Positions 35,976 to 45,613 of a DNA stretch of 59,028 nt are shown here, one piece after another (position 1 is the first letter of the stretch; every line of letters starts with the position of its first letter). Source of the stretch: Polyangiaceae bacterium (lineage in GTDB: Bacteria; Myxococcota_A; Polyangia; Polyangiales; Polyangiaceae); the NCBI GenBank assembly GCA_050287085.1, contig JBNKBE010000019.1, positions 1 to 59,028 of the forward strand, read 5' to 3'. The position numbers were made by a program, and so were the translations under genes. Under the pieces are notes generated by a model. That model was not told the origin of the DNA. It made no database searches and saw only the letters and a list, made by a program, of their open reading frames with translations.

Positions 35976-37865
35976 TCAAGGCCCCTGACACACTGGAGGA
36001 TACAGACTAATGCACAGGGTGTCGGCCCACATTTGTGAATCGTGCGCCATGCGGACGCAGTTCTCGGCAGGGCCGCCAGTAGGTTCTCCCGATGCCCACG
36101 CAACGAAGGCGCCGTTCTGGACCGAGCCGCTTGCGCCTCCGCTCCAAAAGTGAAACCCGTCATTGACCCACAACCACTCGCCCGCCCCCAGGGCGGCTTG
36201 TGCACCAATCCAACGGTCCTCCTTGATTTGCGAAAGGATGAAGTCCAGCTCCTGCTGACTGCGAATCGTCGCCAAGTCCCAACCCGCGCCATGGGCTCGG
36301 CACAAGGCCCGAGCTCGCGAGAAAGAGGCGCCACCAGCGCCGAGATAGTAGCAGATGCCTGACGGACCCTGCACCTCGTTCTCTCCACAGGTCGGCGGCA
36401 ATATGGCCCACTTAGCTCGCAAAGCGGCTCCAACGGCAGCACGCTCCGGGGCGGTCAGCACCCGGTCGTATAAGACGACCTCAGCGATGTCGCCCCGAAA
36501 GTAGCACCCGCCCTCCTGTTGGCATTCGGCCTGGTTGCCTCCCATGAGCAGCGGCGCAACGGGCTCATCCGGCGCCGTTGTCGGCAGCGGTTCGAATACC
36601 AAAGCACCCCCGTGTGCGCTGGAGAACAGACTCGTCGAACGCAGGTCGAATCCGAACCCCCATAGCGTGCGCGTGTCGCCGCTGGGGGGAGGAAGAAATG
36701 GCGCATAATACTGATCGCTACCGGAGCTGCAGCCCTGAAAGCAGGCTCCGACAGCACCTCCCGTCTCCGAGCGATGATAGTCGACGGTGAAGTTTCGCCC
36801 ATTGACTAGCAAGGGCTGCGCTGCAGCGGCAGCCGCTGCGGCGGGCGCCTGCCACACCACGAAGCCTTCATAACTCGACAACGGCAGCACGGTGTTCAGT
36901 GAGAGCGCATCATCAATGCCGTCAAAACGCACCGCAGGCTTCCCGTTGAACGCCGCCCTGGCCAGTGCCGGCATGCGCGCGCTATCTCCTTGTGCCATGA
37001 GCCCGTAGTTGCCTGAGCGATCGGCCCAAACAGCCACTCCCTCCGCCAGGCTGAAGCTCGCGGCATCCCCTGCGTCGAGCCACAGGCGCGGCGCAAACGA
37101 CAAGTCGCCCGGGTAGTATCCAGCGGCCGTCGTGAACGAGAACTCCGCGCCGCTGATGGCGGGTGAATCCGCACCCTCTGCGCTGAAGCACCCGGCGTCC
37201 ATCTCAACCTGATACGCCCGTTCAGAACCGAGCAGCGAAAGTGGGTCAATGCTCACCGTGGGCCCCGAAACGGTCACCTGCGGATCCAAGCCGGACCAGA
37301 GCTCCACCACTGTACCCGCCTGCTCTGTGAGCCGGATTTCGCAGTCATTGGCCGACACGTCTTGACTGAACGTGATCTCAAGCTCGGTTGCAGCCGAAAC
37401 ACCCCGCCCTGTCGGCAGCTTTGAGACGATCCTGAGCGGTTGTGTGTTGGCTCCATCCGACATACTGGACGTGACCGGTGAACCGTCTGGAGCAAGGGTT
37501 GCCTCGGGGCCATTGCCGTCGACGCCCTCGTCCGCCGCGCCGTCGACTCCCTCGTCCGCTGCGGCCGCCGCTCCCTCAGGCGCTGCGTCCACGGCCTCAG
37601 GACCCGCGTCGCGCACACCTGCGTCCGCGCCGCCGCGGCCCCCAGCCGCTGCTAGAGCCATGACTCCAGCTTCGGCAAGGTTGGCAGGCGCGTCCATGAC
37701 CTCGCTCAGACGTATGCCCACCTCGTTGCGACAGGCGGCAGAGCCCAGCAACGTCAAAGACAGAGCACAATGGAGTACCAAGCGACCACGCCGCGCGCGC
37801 GGCCGGTGACCGAGACGGCGGCTCCCGCGCGCCCGATCGCTACTCGCCCAGACTGATAGCCCCAC
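35976..37865 (-). CDS. Lipoprotein with Ig-like (SbsA/Big_5), LamG/ConA-like and C-type lectin domains
   Basis: Lipobox SAAC; LEITFSQDV; LWLDA..WADRSGN..FDGIDD..GDIAEVVLYDR; CYY..A...C..LATI..WIG..W..GEP...ENCV..W.D..C...VCQ. Confidence 0.85.
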   Translation of the reverse strand: MGLSVWASSDRARGSRRLGHRPRARRGRLVLHCALSLTLLGSAACRNEVGIRLSEVMDAPANLAEAGVMALAAAGGRGGADAGVRDAGPEAVDAAPEGAAAAADEGVDGAADEGVDGNGPEATLAPDGSPVTSSMSDGANTQPLRIVSKLPTGRGVSAATELEITFSQDVSANDCEIRLTEQAGTVVELWSGLDPQVTVSGPTVSIDPLSLLGSERAYQVEMDAGCFSAEGADSPAISGAEFSFTTAAGYYPGDLSFAPRLWLDAGDAASFSLAEGVAVWADRSGNYGLMAQGDSARMPALARAAFNGKPAVRFDGIDDALSLNTVLPLSSYEGFVVWQAPAAAAAAAAQPLLVNGRNFTVDYHRSETGGAVGACFQGCSSGSDQYYAPFLPPPSGDTRTLWGFGFDLRSTSLFSSAHGGALVFEPLPTTAPDEPVAPLLMGGNQAECQQEGGCYFRGDIAEVVLYDRVLTAPERAAVGAALRAKWAILPPTCGENEVQGPSGICYYLGAGGASFSRARALCRAHGAGWDLATIRSQQELDFILSQIKEDRWIGAQAALGAGEWLWVNDGFHFWSGGASGSVQNGAFVAWASGEPTGGPAENCVRMAHDSQMWADTLCISLYPPVCQGP

Positions 37866-38019
37866 ATTACACTCCCTGGCGGGAGCCTAGCGCAGATCAA
37901 GTCGTAGTGCCTATTGCCCTCGGGCAGCCAATGCGGCATTCAAGTGGCCCTGGACTGGTGCGATCAAGTCCCGGCACTCCGCCGCACGCTTTAGTCCTCG
38001 CGTGCGCCCCGCATCCAGA

Positions 38020-38433
38020 TCAGCCAGGCTGAAAGAACATAGGGTATTGCGCGATCACGGGGTCGGACTGCGCTGGCATCTGCAAACTCGAGAACGCGCT
38101 GAGAACACAGCGTGAAACCTCAGACGGCAAGTTGGACTCGACGGCCTGCGCGGGGCCGACACTCCCGTCCGGATGGATCAGGAAGCGGATTTCAATGCGT
38201 CCCGTCAACGACGGATTGCGCTCCCGACCGAGCTCGTAGCAGCGCTGGAAGCGCCCGGGATTGGCTCTAACCACTTCCCCAATCACCGCCGGATCGATCT
38301 CGTTGCTGGGCTCCCCGAGGCGGGCGTCGGGACCGTCCGCGCCGTTGTTCGCGTTATTTGCCGCGCAGCCAAGCGCCAAGGAGACAACAAGCCCAATCCA
38401 GATGAACCGAAACACGGCGCTGAGCTCTATCAT
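38020..38433 (-). CDS. Lipoprotein with AgmX/PglI C-terminal (TonB_C-like) domain
   Basis: Lipobox ALGC; FQRCYE....NPSLTGRIEIRF.I..DG.V...CV...YP..F. Confidence 0.85.
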   Translation of the reverse strand: MIELSAVFRFIWIGLVVSLALGCAANNANNGADGPDARLGEPSNEIDPAVIGEVVRANPGRFQRCYELGRERNPSLTGRIEIRFLIHPDGSVGPAQAVESNLPSEVSRCVLSAFSSLQMPAQSDPVIAQYPMFFQPG

Positions 38434-38787
38434 TCTTTGTCCTTCCGTATCGTCCCGTGTAGCTGCCGCGCACACACCAGCCCTGACACCAGCGGAATCT
38501 TCTGCTGCAGGCGCAGCTCAGGTCACCGACGGCGAGGCTCGCCGCCGCGCAGCGGGAGCAGCATCGTCTCGCGGCCTTGGCGGCCTGGCAGTGGCTTCGT
38601 TGGCAGCGCCGAAAGGGCTCCTGAGCCCTCGTTGCGCAACCGCTCAGAAGTCGGTAGACGAGAAGGTGGATGAGGTGCTCGCATTTCCATGCGAGGCCAA
38701 CAAAGGGCTCCAAGCCATGGCCGCACTGCGATCTGTTGGCTCTTTCCGCTGATGGTCAGCGATAGGTGGTGCAGAAACGGGTCGCCA

Positions 38788-41151
38788 ATGCAGAACTCGA
38801 GTGGACGCAAGCTAACGAGACCCGTGATCCGGAAGGGCCGCTCGAAGCTCCGCACAGCCCGGGCCGTATTGCTTGTCGCTGTGGTCTCGGCCTGCCACGA
38901 GACGCACCCAAGCAACGTGCCTCAGAGCCACCGGGCAGCAAAGAGACACGCGGCACAGGGCTCCACCACTGCTTCGGGCGAAGACGAGCGAGGGTCTCCG
39001 GCAGAACTCCAGCTATCGCGGTCGCGAGCGACGATAGCACTATGCCGACTCTATTCCGAACGCGACCTAGATCACGACCGTCGCATTACCGTGATCGACG
39101 AACGCGCGCGATGCGGGCAAGAGGAGTGCCCTTCGCAGCCGGTGATTCATCTCGCTGACCGCGTGATCCACTTAGGCAGCCTGGCGCAAGTCAGTCAGCT
39201 GGCAAGCGATCTCGCCGACGGCATTCTGCAGCCATCACCGATGGTGCACTTGCGCTTGGAAGAAACGCTCGACGATCCGGTGAGCTACCTGGCCCGCCGA
39301 ATCCAGTCTCGCTACTGGCCTGCGCTGACGCGCCGTATTGCGCCGAGCGGCGACGCCTTATGGTTGGCACTCGGCGACGAGAAACAAGGCACCGCCACCA
39401 CACGCGATGTCGAGCTGTGTGTCCCCGGTCGTGAGCCGCAGAGAGAAAAAAGCCGAGACGCACTGCGCTATTTGTACGTTCCTGAAGGCGATCACCGCTC
39501 GCTCATGCTCTACGGCCGCAGCCAGGAGCCCGCTCGCATAGCGGTGGGTACCGTGCCGCGGTCCGCAGCCAGCCAGTGGGTGCAGGAGCGCGATCGCGAT
39601 GGCAGCCATGGGCTTCTTGCCCTCGCATTGGACTCAGACGGAAAGCCCCTGCCCTTCCTGGTGCCCGGCGGTCGCTTCAACGAAATGTACGGTTGGGACA
39701 GCTTCTTCATCACGTGGGGTCTCCTGGAAGATGAAGCCAATAGCCAGCTCGCGCGCGCGATGCTCCGGCACCAGCTCTATGAGTTGAAGCACTACGGCAA
39801 AGTGCTCAACGCCAATCGCACCTACTACCTGACGCGATCACAGCCTCCGTTCTTGACCGCTCTGACAAAGCTGGTCGGTGGACGCAGCGGCAGCGGCGCT
39901 GCCGGCAACGTAACACCCTCACGGCAAGACGCCGAGCTCATCGCTCAGGCTCACGTTGCCGCGGAAGACGAGTACCATCGTATCTGGGGTTCGACGCCGC
40001 ATCGAACCAGTCTATGCGACGGGGACGTATGTCTGTCTCGCTACTACGGCGAAGGCAAAGGACAGCCGAGCGAGGTTGAGCCGGGGCACTTCCAGGCCAT
40101 GTATCAGGCCCACGCCATCAAACACGGGCACTGCCCGCCCCTGCCCCACGCGGAGCCCACTCAGAAAGCGCTCGCGGCATTGCTCGATTGCACCCGCCAC
40201 CTCGAGGCCGCGTATGTGCGAGGGACCCTATCAGACCCAGAGCTGGACGCCCACTTCACTCACGATCGCTGCGTGCGCGAGTCTGGACACGACACGACCT
40301 TTCGCTGGCATGTCGATGGCCAAGAGCGCTGCACGGACTTCGTCACTGTGGAGCTCAATTCACTGCTGCTACGCTACGAGCTCGACCTTGCGGAGGTCCG
40401 CAACTCAAGCCAGAACCCCGCGGAAGCCGCCCGCTGGTGCGCGCGAGCCAAGCGCCGCGCGCAGCTCATGAAGCGGTATTTGTGGGATCCCGACGCCCAG
40501 CTTTTCTTCGACTACAACGTGGCCACGGACGAGAGGTCTCATTACCTGTCAGCGACCACGTTATTTCCCTTGTGGGGCGCCGCTTCGCCCCTATGCGCGC
40601 CCCAACTACTGACCGACACCGAACGAGACGCGTTGGTCAGCTCTGCGCTCGTCCGGCTCGAGGCCCCAGGGGGCTTGCTGGCCACCGATCCCCAAGCCGT
40701 GAGCGGCATAACCCCACCGCAAGTCCTCGTGGACCGCGCCGGACACCTCGAATTCGTCGAACAAGTCCGCCAGTGGGAAGCCCCCAACGGCTGGGCACCT
40801 CATCAAATGATTGCGTGGGCGGCACTCAAACAAGCAGGATACGAAGCGGAAGCCCAGCGACTCATATATCGCTGGTTGTTCACCATCGTGAGCAACGCGG
40901 CCCGCTTCCACGGTACTGTGCCTGAGAAGTTCGATGTCGTGGCTCGCTCTCATCGCGTGTTCGCTGAATACGGCAACGTCAATACCGACTTCAGCTACAT
41001 CGCGCAGGAAGGATTCGGCTGGATGAATGCCTCGTTCTTGGTGGGACTGGGTATGCTTTCCCCCACGCTGCGCTCTCGTCTGGAAGCACTCGAACCCCCA
41101 GAAGCTGTCTTCGCAGAGCTGCCTCGGGCGAGCCAAACACCCGACCCCTGA
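38788..41151 (+). CDS. Alpha,alpha-trehalase (GH37), neutral-trehalase-like
   Basis: VPGGRFNEMYGWDSFF, NANRTYYLTRSQPPFL, RESGHD, QWEAPNGWAPHQ, EGFGWMNAS; start uncertain. Confidence 0.95.
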   Translation: MQNSSGRKLTRPVIRKGRSKLRTARAVLLVAVVSACHETHPSNVPQSHRAAKRHAAQGSTTASGEDERGSPAELQLSRSRATIALCRLYSERDLDHDRRITVIDERARCGQEECPSQPVIHLADRVIHLGSLAQVSQLASDLADGILQPSPMVHLRLEETLDDPVSYLARRIQSRYWPALTRRIAPSGDALWLALGDEKQGTATTRDVELCVPGREPQREKSRDALRYLYVPEGDHRSLMLYGRSQEPARIAVGTVPRSAASQWVQERDRDGSHGLLALALDSDGKPLPFLVPGGRFNEMYGWDSFFITWGLLEDEANSQLARAMLRHQLYELKHYGKVLNANRTYYLTRSQPPFLTALTKLVGGRSGSGAAGNVTPSRQDAELIAQAHVAAEDEYHRIWGSTPHRTSLCDGDVCLSRYYGEGKGQPSEVEPGHFQAMYQAHAIKHGHCPPLPHAEPTQKALAALLDCTRHLEAAYVRGTLSDPELDAHFTHDRCVRESGHDTTFRWHVDGQERCTDFVTVELNSLLLRYELDLAEVRNSSQNPAEAARWCARAKRRAQLMKRYLWDPDAQLFFDYNVATDERSHYLSATTLFPLWGAASPLCAPQLLTDTERDALVSSALVRLEAPGGLLATDPQAVSGITPPQVLVDRAGHLEFVEQVRQWEAPNGWAPHQMIAWAALKQAGYEAEAQRLIYRWLFTIVSNAARFHGTVPEKFDVVARSHRVFAEYGNVNTDFSYIAQEGFGWMNASFLVGLGMLSPTLRSRLEALEPPEAVFAELPRASQTPDP

Positions 41152-41239
41152 GGGCCCGCGAATGGGAAAGTCATACTACGCGGGCGCGTGCACTTGCTGC
41201 GGTGGGCGGGCTCGTCGCCGCCCGCCTCGAGCTGAGGGC

Positions 41240-42016
41240 CTAGTGCACGATCGAGGGCGGAAGCAAAGGAATCTTGTGTAGTGTCGCCCGCAGGCGCTCA
41301 CCCGGATGCCAGTGAGCGCTAGGCAGCGGATGCTCCCAGACGACTTCTCCGGCATGCCAGTTGAACGGAGCCACATCGAGCAGGACCCCTGAACCAAGCG
41401 GCACCCGCACCCCGGGTCCTGGCGCCTTGTCCATATTAGGGCGCTCCAGAAGCCCGGGCGCCGGTAGATGCTCCGTAACCAGAACGTAGCGATATTGCTC
41501 CAGTCGGGGCAGGAGAGCTGCAATCTCCGCGTTCGGCAAATGCTGCAACACCTGCCGCACCAAACACAGGTCCCCTCGCGGCAAGACGTCTCGACAGATG
41601 TCTCGGCACTCGAATGTGACACCGTCGCGCGCGTATCGCTTCTGGTTGTAGGCGACCAGTTCAGGCACAACGTCCACGCCGACGTACTCCGCAAATGAAC
41701 TGGCAAAGCGCTGCGCCACACGAAAGTCCCCACAACCCAAGTCGACCACTCGCGAAACGTTGAGTCGCGCGGCCAACCCTTTCACCAGCGCCGCATAGGG
41801 TCCTGCCAACTCCGGCTCTGAACCAGGCCCTGAATAGAAGCGTCCGTCACGGTGCCCCCAGGCGCCACGACGATACACCGCCGAGAATATCTCTCGATTC
41901 GTCATCGCGGCGTAGTTGGGCTGAGGCAACGCATTGAGCCATCTTCCTACGAGGCGACGACCCGCAGCCGGTACCCAGCGACGAGCCACCGTACGAATCC
42001 AAGACATCGAAGCCAT
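41240..42016 (-). CDS. Class I SAM-dependent methyltransferase
   Basis: FSAVY...WG..YSGPGS; VVDLGCGDF; YVGVDVV; RQVLQHL. Confidence 0.9.
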   Translation of the reverse strand: MASMSWIRTVARRWVPAAGRRLVGRWLNALPQPNYAAMTNREIFSAVYRRGAWGHRDGRFYSGPGSEPELAGPYAALVKGLAARLNVSRVVDLGCGDFRVAQRFASSFAEYVGVDVVPELVAYNQKRYARDGVTFECRDICRDVLPRGDLCLVRQVLQHLPNAEIAALLPRLEQYRYVLVTEHLPAPGLLERPNMDKAPGPGVRVPLGSGVLLDVAPFNWHAGEVVWEHPLPSAHWHPGERLRATLHKIPLLPPSIVH

Positions 42017-42562
42017 CTCTCGTCTGATACCACGAGATGCGGCACGGGACTCGGAAGCTCCGGGTGGCATCACCCAAGATCGGCCGCGCGGTACCCGCGC
42101 CGCCGCGCCCCCTTAGGCCGCCGAGCGGCTGCCCGCCCAATGCCCCGACCCGAACTCGCTGATTTACCCACAACCGTCAGAAGCCGCTCCGAGAGCCGCC
42201 CTGGCGAGCTCCGAATAAGATCAGAAACCAAACGGAAACCCCTATTTGATAGCCACAAGGCGACCTTGACCGACTTCGCGGAAGCACGCTAATAAAGGGG
42301 TTGGAAACGACTCGCACGACTGGGGCCGTAACCGCAAGCCGATGACCGCGATCAACGCTCTGCCCCACCCTGCGTGCCTTGCGAAGCCGTTTCCCGTGCG
42401 GCAGGAGAGCACACTTCTCTGTGCTGCTTCCGAGTCGGCTCTTTCAATTGCTCTGACCTCCGGAACGTGGCCCTCGGAGCGTCGGGCGTCGTCTGGAATC
42501 CTCGCCCCTCGCCGTAGATCGGACTCCGGCCGCGTGCACGGTCCCACCGAGAGCGTCGAGCC

Positions 42563-42598
42563 CCCCTCCCACAGGAATCGCCCCTCCCACAGGAATCG
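42563..42598. repeat. 18-bp direct duplication CCCCTCCCACAGGAATCG just upstream of the ATP-grasp gene
   Basis: Two identical adjacent copies. Confidence 0.9.
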
Positions 42599-42610
42599 AT
42601 AGAACCCAAT

Positions 42611-44089
42611 ATGGCTGCCCCCCGCTCACCTCTTCTCGCACGCTATCAACCAGAGCCCGGCGCCTTTGACGAATACTTCTCCGCGCCAGGCACGCCCAGA
42701 GTTGCGCTGCAGGACTTCGTCGCAGGAATAGACAAGCTCGGTGCCGTCGAACTCGCAAAACGTCAGAAGCTAGCCGACTCGGTCTTCCTGAACGCCGGCG
42801 TCACGTTCTCCGTCTACTCCGACCAACAGGGAACGGAACGGATCTTTCCCTTCGACCTCCTCCCCCGAGTTATTCCCGGAGACGAGTGGGCCAAGCTGGA
42901 ACAGGGTCTTGAACAGCGCGTGCGCGCGCTGAACATGTTCCTGGGAGACGTGTACGGCGAGCAACGCATCATCGCCGACAAGGTGCTGCCGAAAGCGCTC
43001 GTCCTCGGTTCGTCCGGGTATCTCCCAAAGATGAAAGGCATCACGCCCCCACACGCCAACTACATACATATTGCGGGCATCGACTTGATACGCGATCCCG
43101 ATGGTCAGTTTCTCGTTTTGGAGGACAACGCTCGGACTCCCTCCGGAGTCTCTTACGTCCTCGAGAACCGTGGCGTCTTGAAACGAGCGCTGCCACTTGT
43201 CTTCGGTCAGGCATCGGTTCGTAGCATTGACGAGTATCCGCAGCACCTGCGCAATGCTCTGGACGAAAGCGCGCCTGTAGGCGTCAGTGGCAAGCCAAGA
43301 GCGGTTGTCCTGACGCCAGGCCCCTTCAACTCCGCCTACTTCGAGCACGCGTTCTTGGCTCGCAGAATGGGTTGCGAGCTCGTACACAACAGCGACCTAT
43401 TCGTCGACGATCAGCGCGTATATCTCAAGACAACCGCCGGCGCTGAGCCTGTCGACGTCATCTACCGGCGCGTGGATGACGATTTTCTCGACCCGGAGTT
43501 CTTTCGCAAAGACTCCCTCCTGGGAGTACCTGGACTGGTGAAAGCGTACGCGGCCGGCAATGTCACCATCGCCAACGCCATCGGCAACGGCGTTGCCGAC
43601 GACAAGGCCATCTACCCCCATGTCCCCAAAATGGTGAAGTACTACTTATCCGAAGAACCCTTGCTCGGACAGGTCGAGACCTACGACTGCTCCGAGCCCA
43701 AAGAGTTGAGCTTCGTTCTGGCCAACCTGAAGAAGCTGGTCGTCAAGGCCGTGGACGGCTCCGGTGGCTATGGCATGTTGATGGGACCATCGGCCTCAAA
43801 GAAGGAACGCGACGAGTTCGCCGCAAAACTCAAGGCAAAACCTCGGGGTTATGTCGCCCAACCACGAATTGAGCTCTCCACCGCGCCAACCTGGTGTGAC
43901 GGAAAGCTCGCCCCCAGGCGTCTCGATCTTCGTCCCTTCATCGTCTCAGGTTCCAAAACGTGGGTTCTCCCAGGAGGACTCACCCGCGTTGCCCTCAAGG
44001 CCGGCTCGTACGTCGTCAATTCCAGCCAGGGCGGGGGTTCCAAAGACACCTGGGTGCTCAACACTAGCAAGAAAGGAGGCCGGTCGTGA
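42611..44089 (+). CDS. Circularly permuted type 2 ATP-grasp protein
   Basis: [41 protein letters not shown]. Confidence 0.95.
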   Translation: MAAPRSPLLARYQPEPGAFDEYFSAPGTPRVALQDFVAGIDKLGAVELAKRQKLADSVFLNAGVTFSVYSDQQGTERIFPFDLLPRVIPGDEWAKLEQGLEQRVRALNMFLGDVYGEQRIIADKVLPKALVLGSSGYLPKMKGITPPHANYIHIAGIDLIRDPDGQFLVLEDNARTPSGVSYVLENRGVLKRALPLVFGQASVRSIDEYPQHLRNALDESAPVGVSGKPRAVVLTPGPFNSAYFEHAFLARRMGCELVHNSDLFVDDQRVYLKTTAGAEPVDVIYRRVDDDFLDPEFFRKDSLLGVPGLVKAYAAGNVTIANAIGNGVADDKAIYPHVPKMVKYYLSEEPLLGQVETYDCSEPKELSFVLANLKKLVVKAVDGSGGYGMLMGPSASKKERDEFAAKLKAKPRGYVAQPRIELSTAPTWCDGKLAPRRLDLRPFIVSGSKTWVLPGGLTRVALKAGSYVVNSSQGGGSKDTWVLNTSKKGGRS

Positions 44090-45111
44090 TATCGCGCGTT
44101 GCCGAATGCTGCTTCTGGCTCACCCGCTACATGGAGCGGGCGGACAGCACCGCCCGTCTATTGGGAGTCAACCACGATATCATCCTTGACGCCGCGATCG
44201 GCACAACGGACCGCTGGAAGCCCCTCGTCATAGTGCTGGGTGAACAGCAGGGCTTCGAAAAGCGAGTCGGCGTGAAGGGCTACAAGAGCGATGCTCTGTG
44301 TGAGAAATACCTCACCTGGGACGAAAAGAACCCAGCATCGATCCGCTCAGCGCTCTATTGGGCCCGCGAAAACGCGCGCACCACACGCGAAGTCATCAGC
44401 CGAGAAATGTGGGAACTGCTGAACTCCAGTTGGCAATGGCTAAACACACAAGGCAAACGTGCCTACCGCGCAGACCGAGCTCAATTCTACCAACATATCC
44501 GCTCCTTGTGCCAAGAGTTTCAAGGTCTGAGCTTCAACACACTCTCTCACGATGAAGCGTTCGACTTCATGTGCATCGGCAGCCAACTGGAGCGCATAAA
44601 CCAGACGGCACGGGTCATGGATGTGAAGTACCACTGGGTTTCCGAAGCTGGAACAAGCGCTGCCGAATCACCACAGGAAGCCGCGTTGTGGGTGGCACTC
44701 TTGCGCTTATGCATGGGGATGGAATCGTTCTTCAAGCAGCAGCGAGCGGTCGTTACCGGCCCCTTGGTGGCTGGCTTCCTGCTCCAAGATCACCTTTTCC
44801 CGAGGTCGGTCCTGCATTGCTACGAGCAACTCGATCCGCTGCTTGAACGCGTCGAAGGCCTAACGCATAGAAAGACTCAAACCAAGAGTCGAAAGCTCGT
44901 GCGACAGATGATCCAGACGCTAAACGGACGGTCCATTTCCGCGATTTTGGCCGATAGTCTGCATGATCAGCTGACCGCGGTGATCAACAACACCGGGCAC
45001 ATCGGAACTTGTCTACACAGTGAGTTCTTCGACGCCACAATTCGCAGCAAAGATGGTGCTGCTTCAAGGACCACAGGTCAGCGCAGGTCCAAACGCAATC
45101 CTGATCGATAG
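44086..45111 (+). CDS. Alpha-E domain protein (DUF403)
   Basis: MISRVAE..FW..RYMERA..TAR; ARENAR..RE.IS.EMWE; LER..QTAR..DVKY; FPRS. Confidence 0.93.
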   Translation: MISRVAECCFWLTRYMERADSTARLLGVNHDIILDAAIGTTDRWKPLVIVLGEQQGFEKRVGVKGYKSDALCEKYLTWDEKNPASIRSALYWARENARTTREVISREMWELLNSSWQWLNTQGKRAYRADRAQFYQHIRSLCQEFQGLSFNTLSHDEAFDFMCIGSQLERINQTARVMDVKYHWVSEAGTSAAESPQEAALWVALLRLCMGMESFFKQQRAVVTGPLVAGFLLQDHLFPRSVLHCYEQLDPLLERVEGLTHRKTQTKSRKLVRQMIQTLNGRSISAILADSLHDQLTAVINNTGHIGTCLHSEFFDATIRSKDGAASRTTGQRRSKRNPDR

Positions 45112-45199
45112 TTGGTCCGGAGCTGCCCCACCGGGCTTTGCCAGGTCCTCGGCGACAAGGTGCTTTCGGGTTGGGGTTCGGACAGTTCAGCCGCCTCAT

Positions 45200-45547
45200 C
45201 CGGTCCGGGCTTCATGACCTATCTCGCGATCACGAAGACGCTCGACTGCATGCCCTTGCATCGTCTGGAGACGGTCTTCAAGCGCTCAGGAGTCCCGCTC
45301 TCCCGCAGCACTATGAACGACCTCTACCATCGCGTCGGGAGCAGCTTGGGTCTGCTCGCGGACCACATCTTGGGGCGCGTTACCGCGGCTGAGATCGTGC
45401 TGACGGATGCGACGCCGCTGCGCACGCAGGTGAACGCGGACAACACTACATCTGGACCTTCAACAGCGAAAAGGACATCGTCAACAGGGTCAGCGAGGGC
45501 CGCGGTGGGAAGACGTCTTCCTATGTCCTCAGGGGCACCCATGGCAT
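45200..45547 (+). mobile_element. IS66-family TnpC transposase internal remnant
   Basis: GPGF..YL..TK..D.MPLHRLE..F.RSG.PLSRSTM; V.TDATPL; shifted YIWTF...R.G.T...VL.GT.G. Confidence 0.8.
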
Positions 45548-45613
45548 GAGGCCCCTGCGGTCTCCCGCACGGGCCTCGCACCCCAGTGGACGCAGGTCCA
45601 CTTTCTATTGGGG

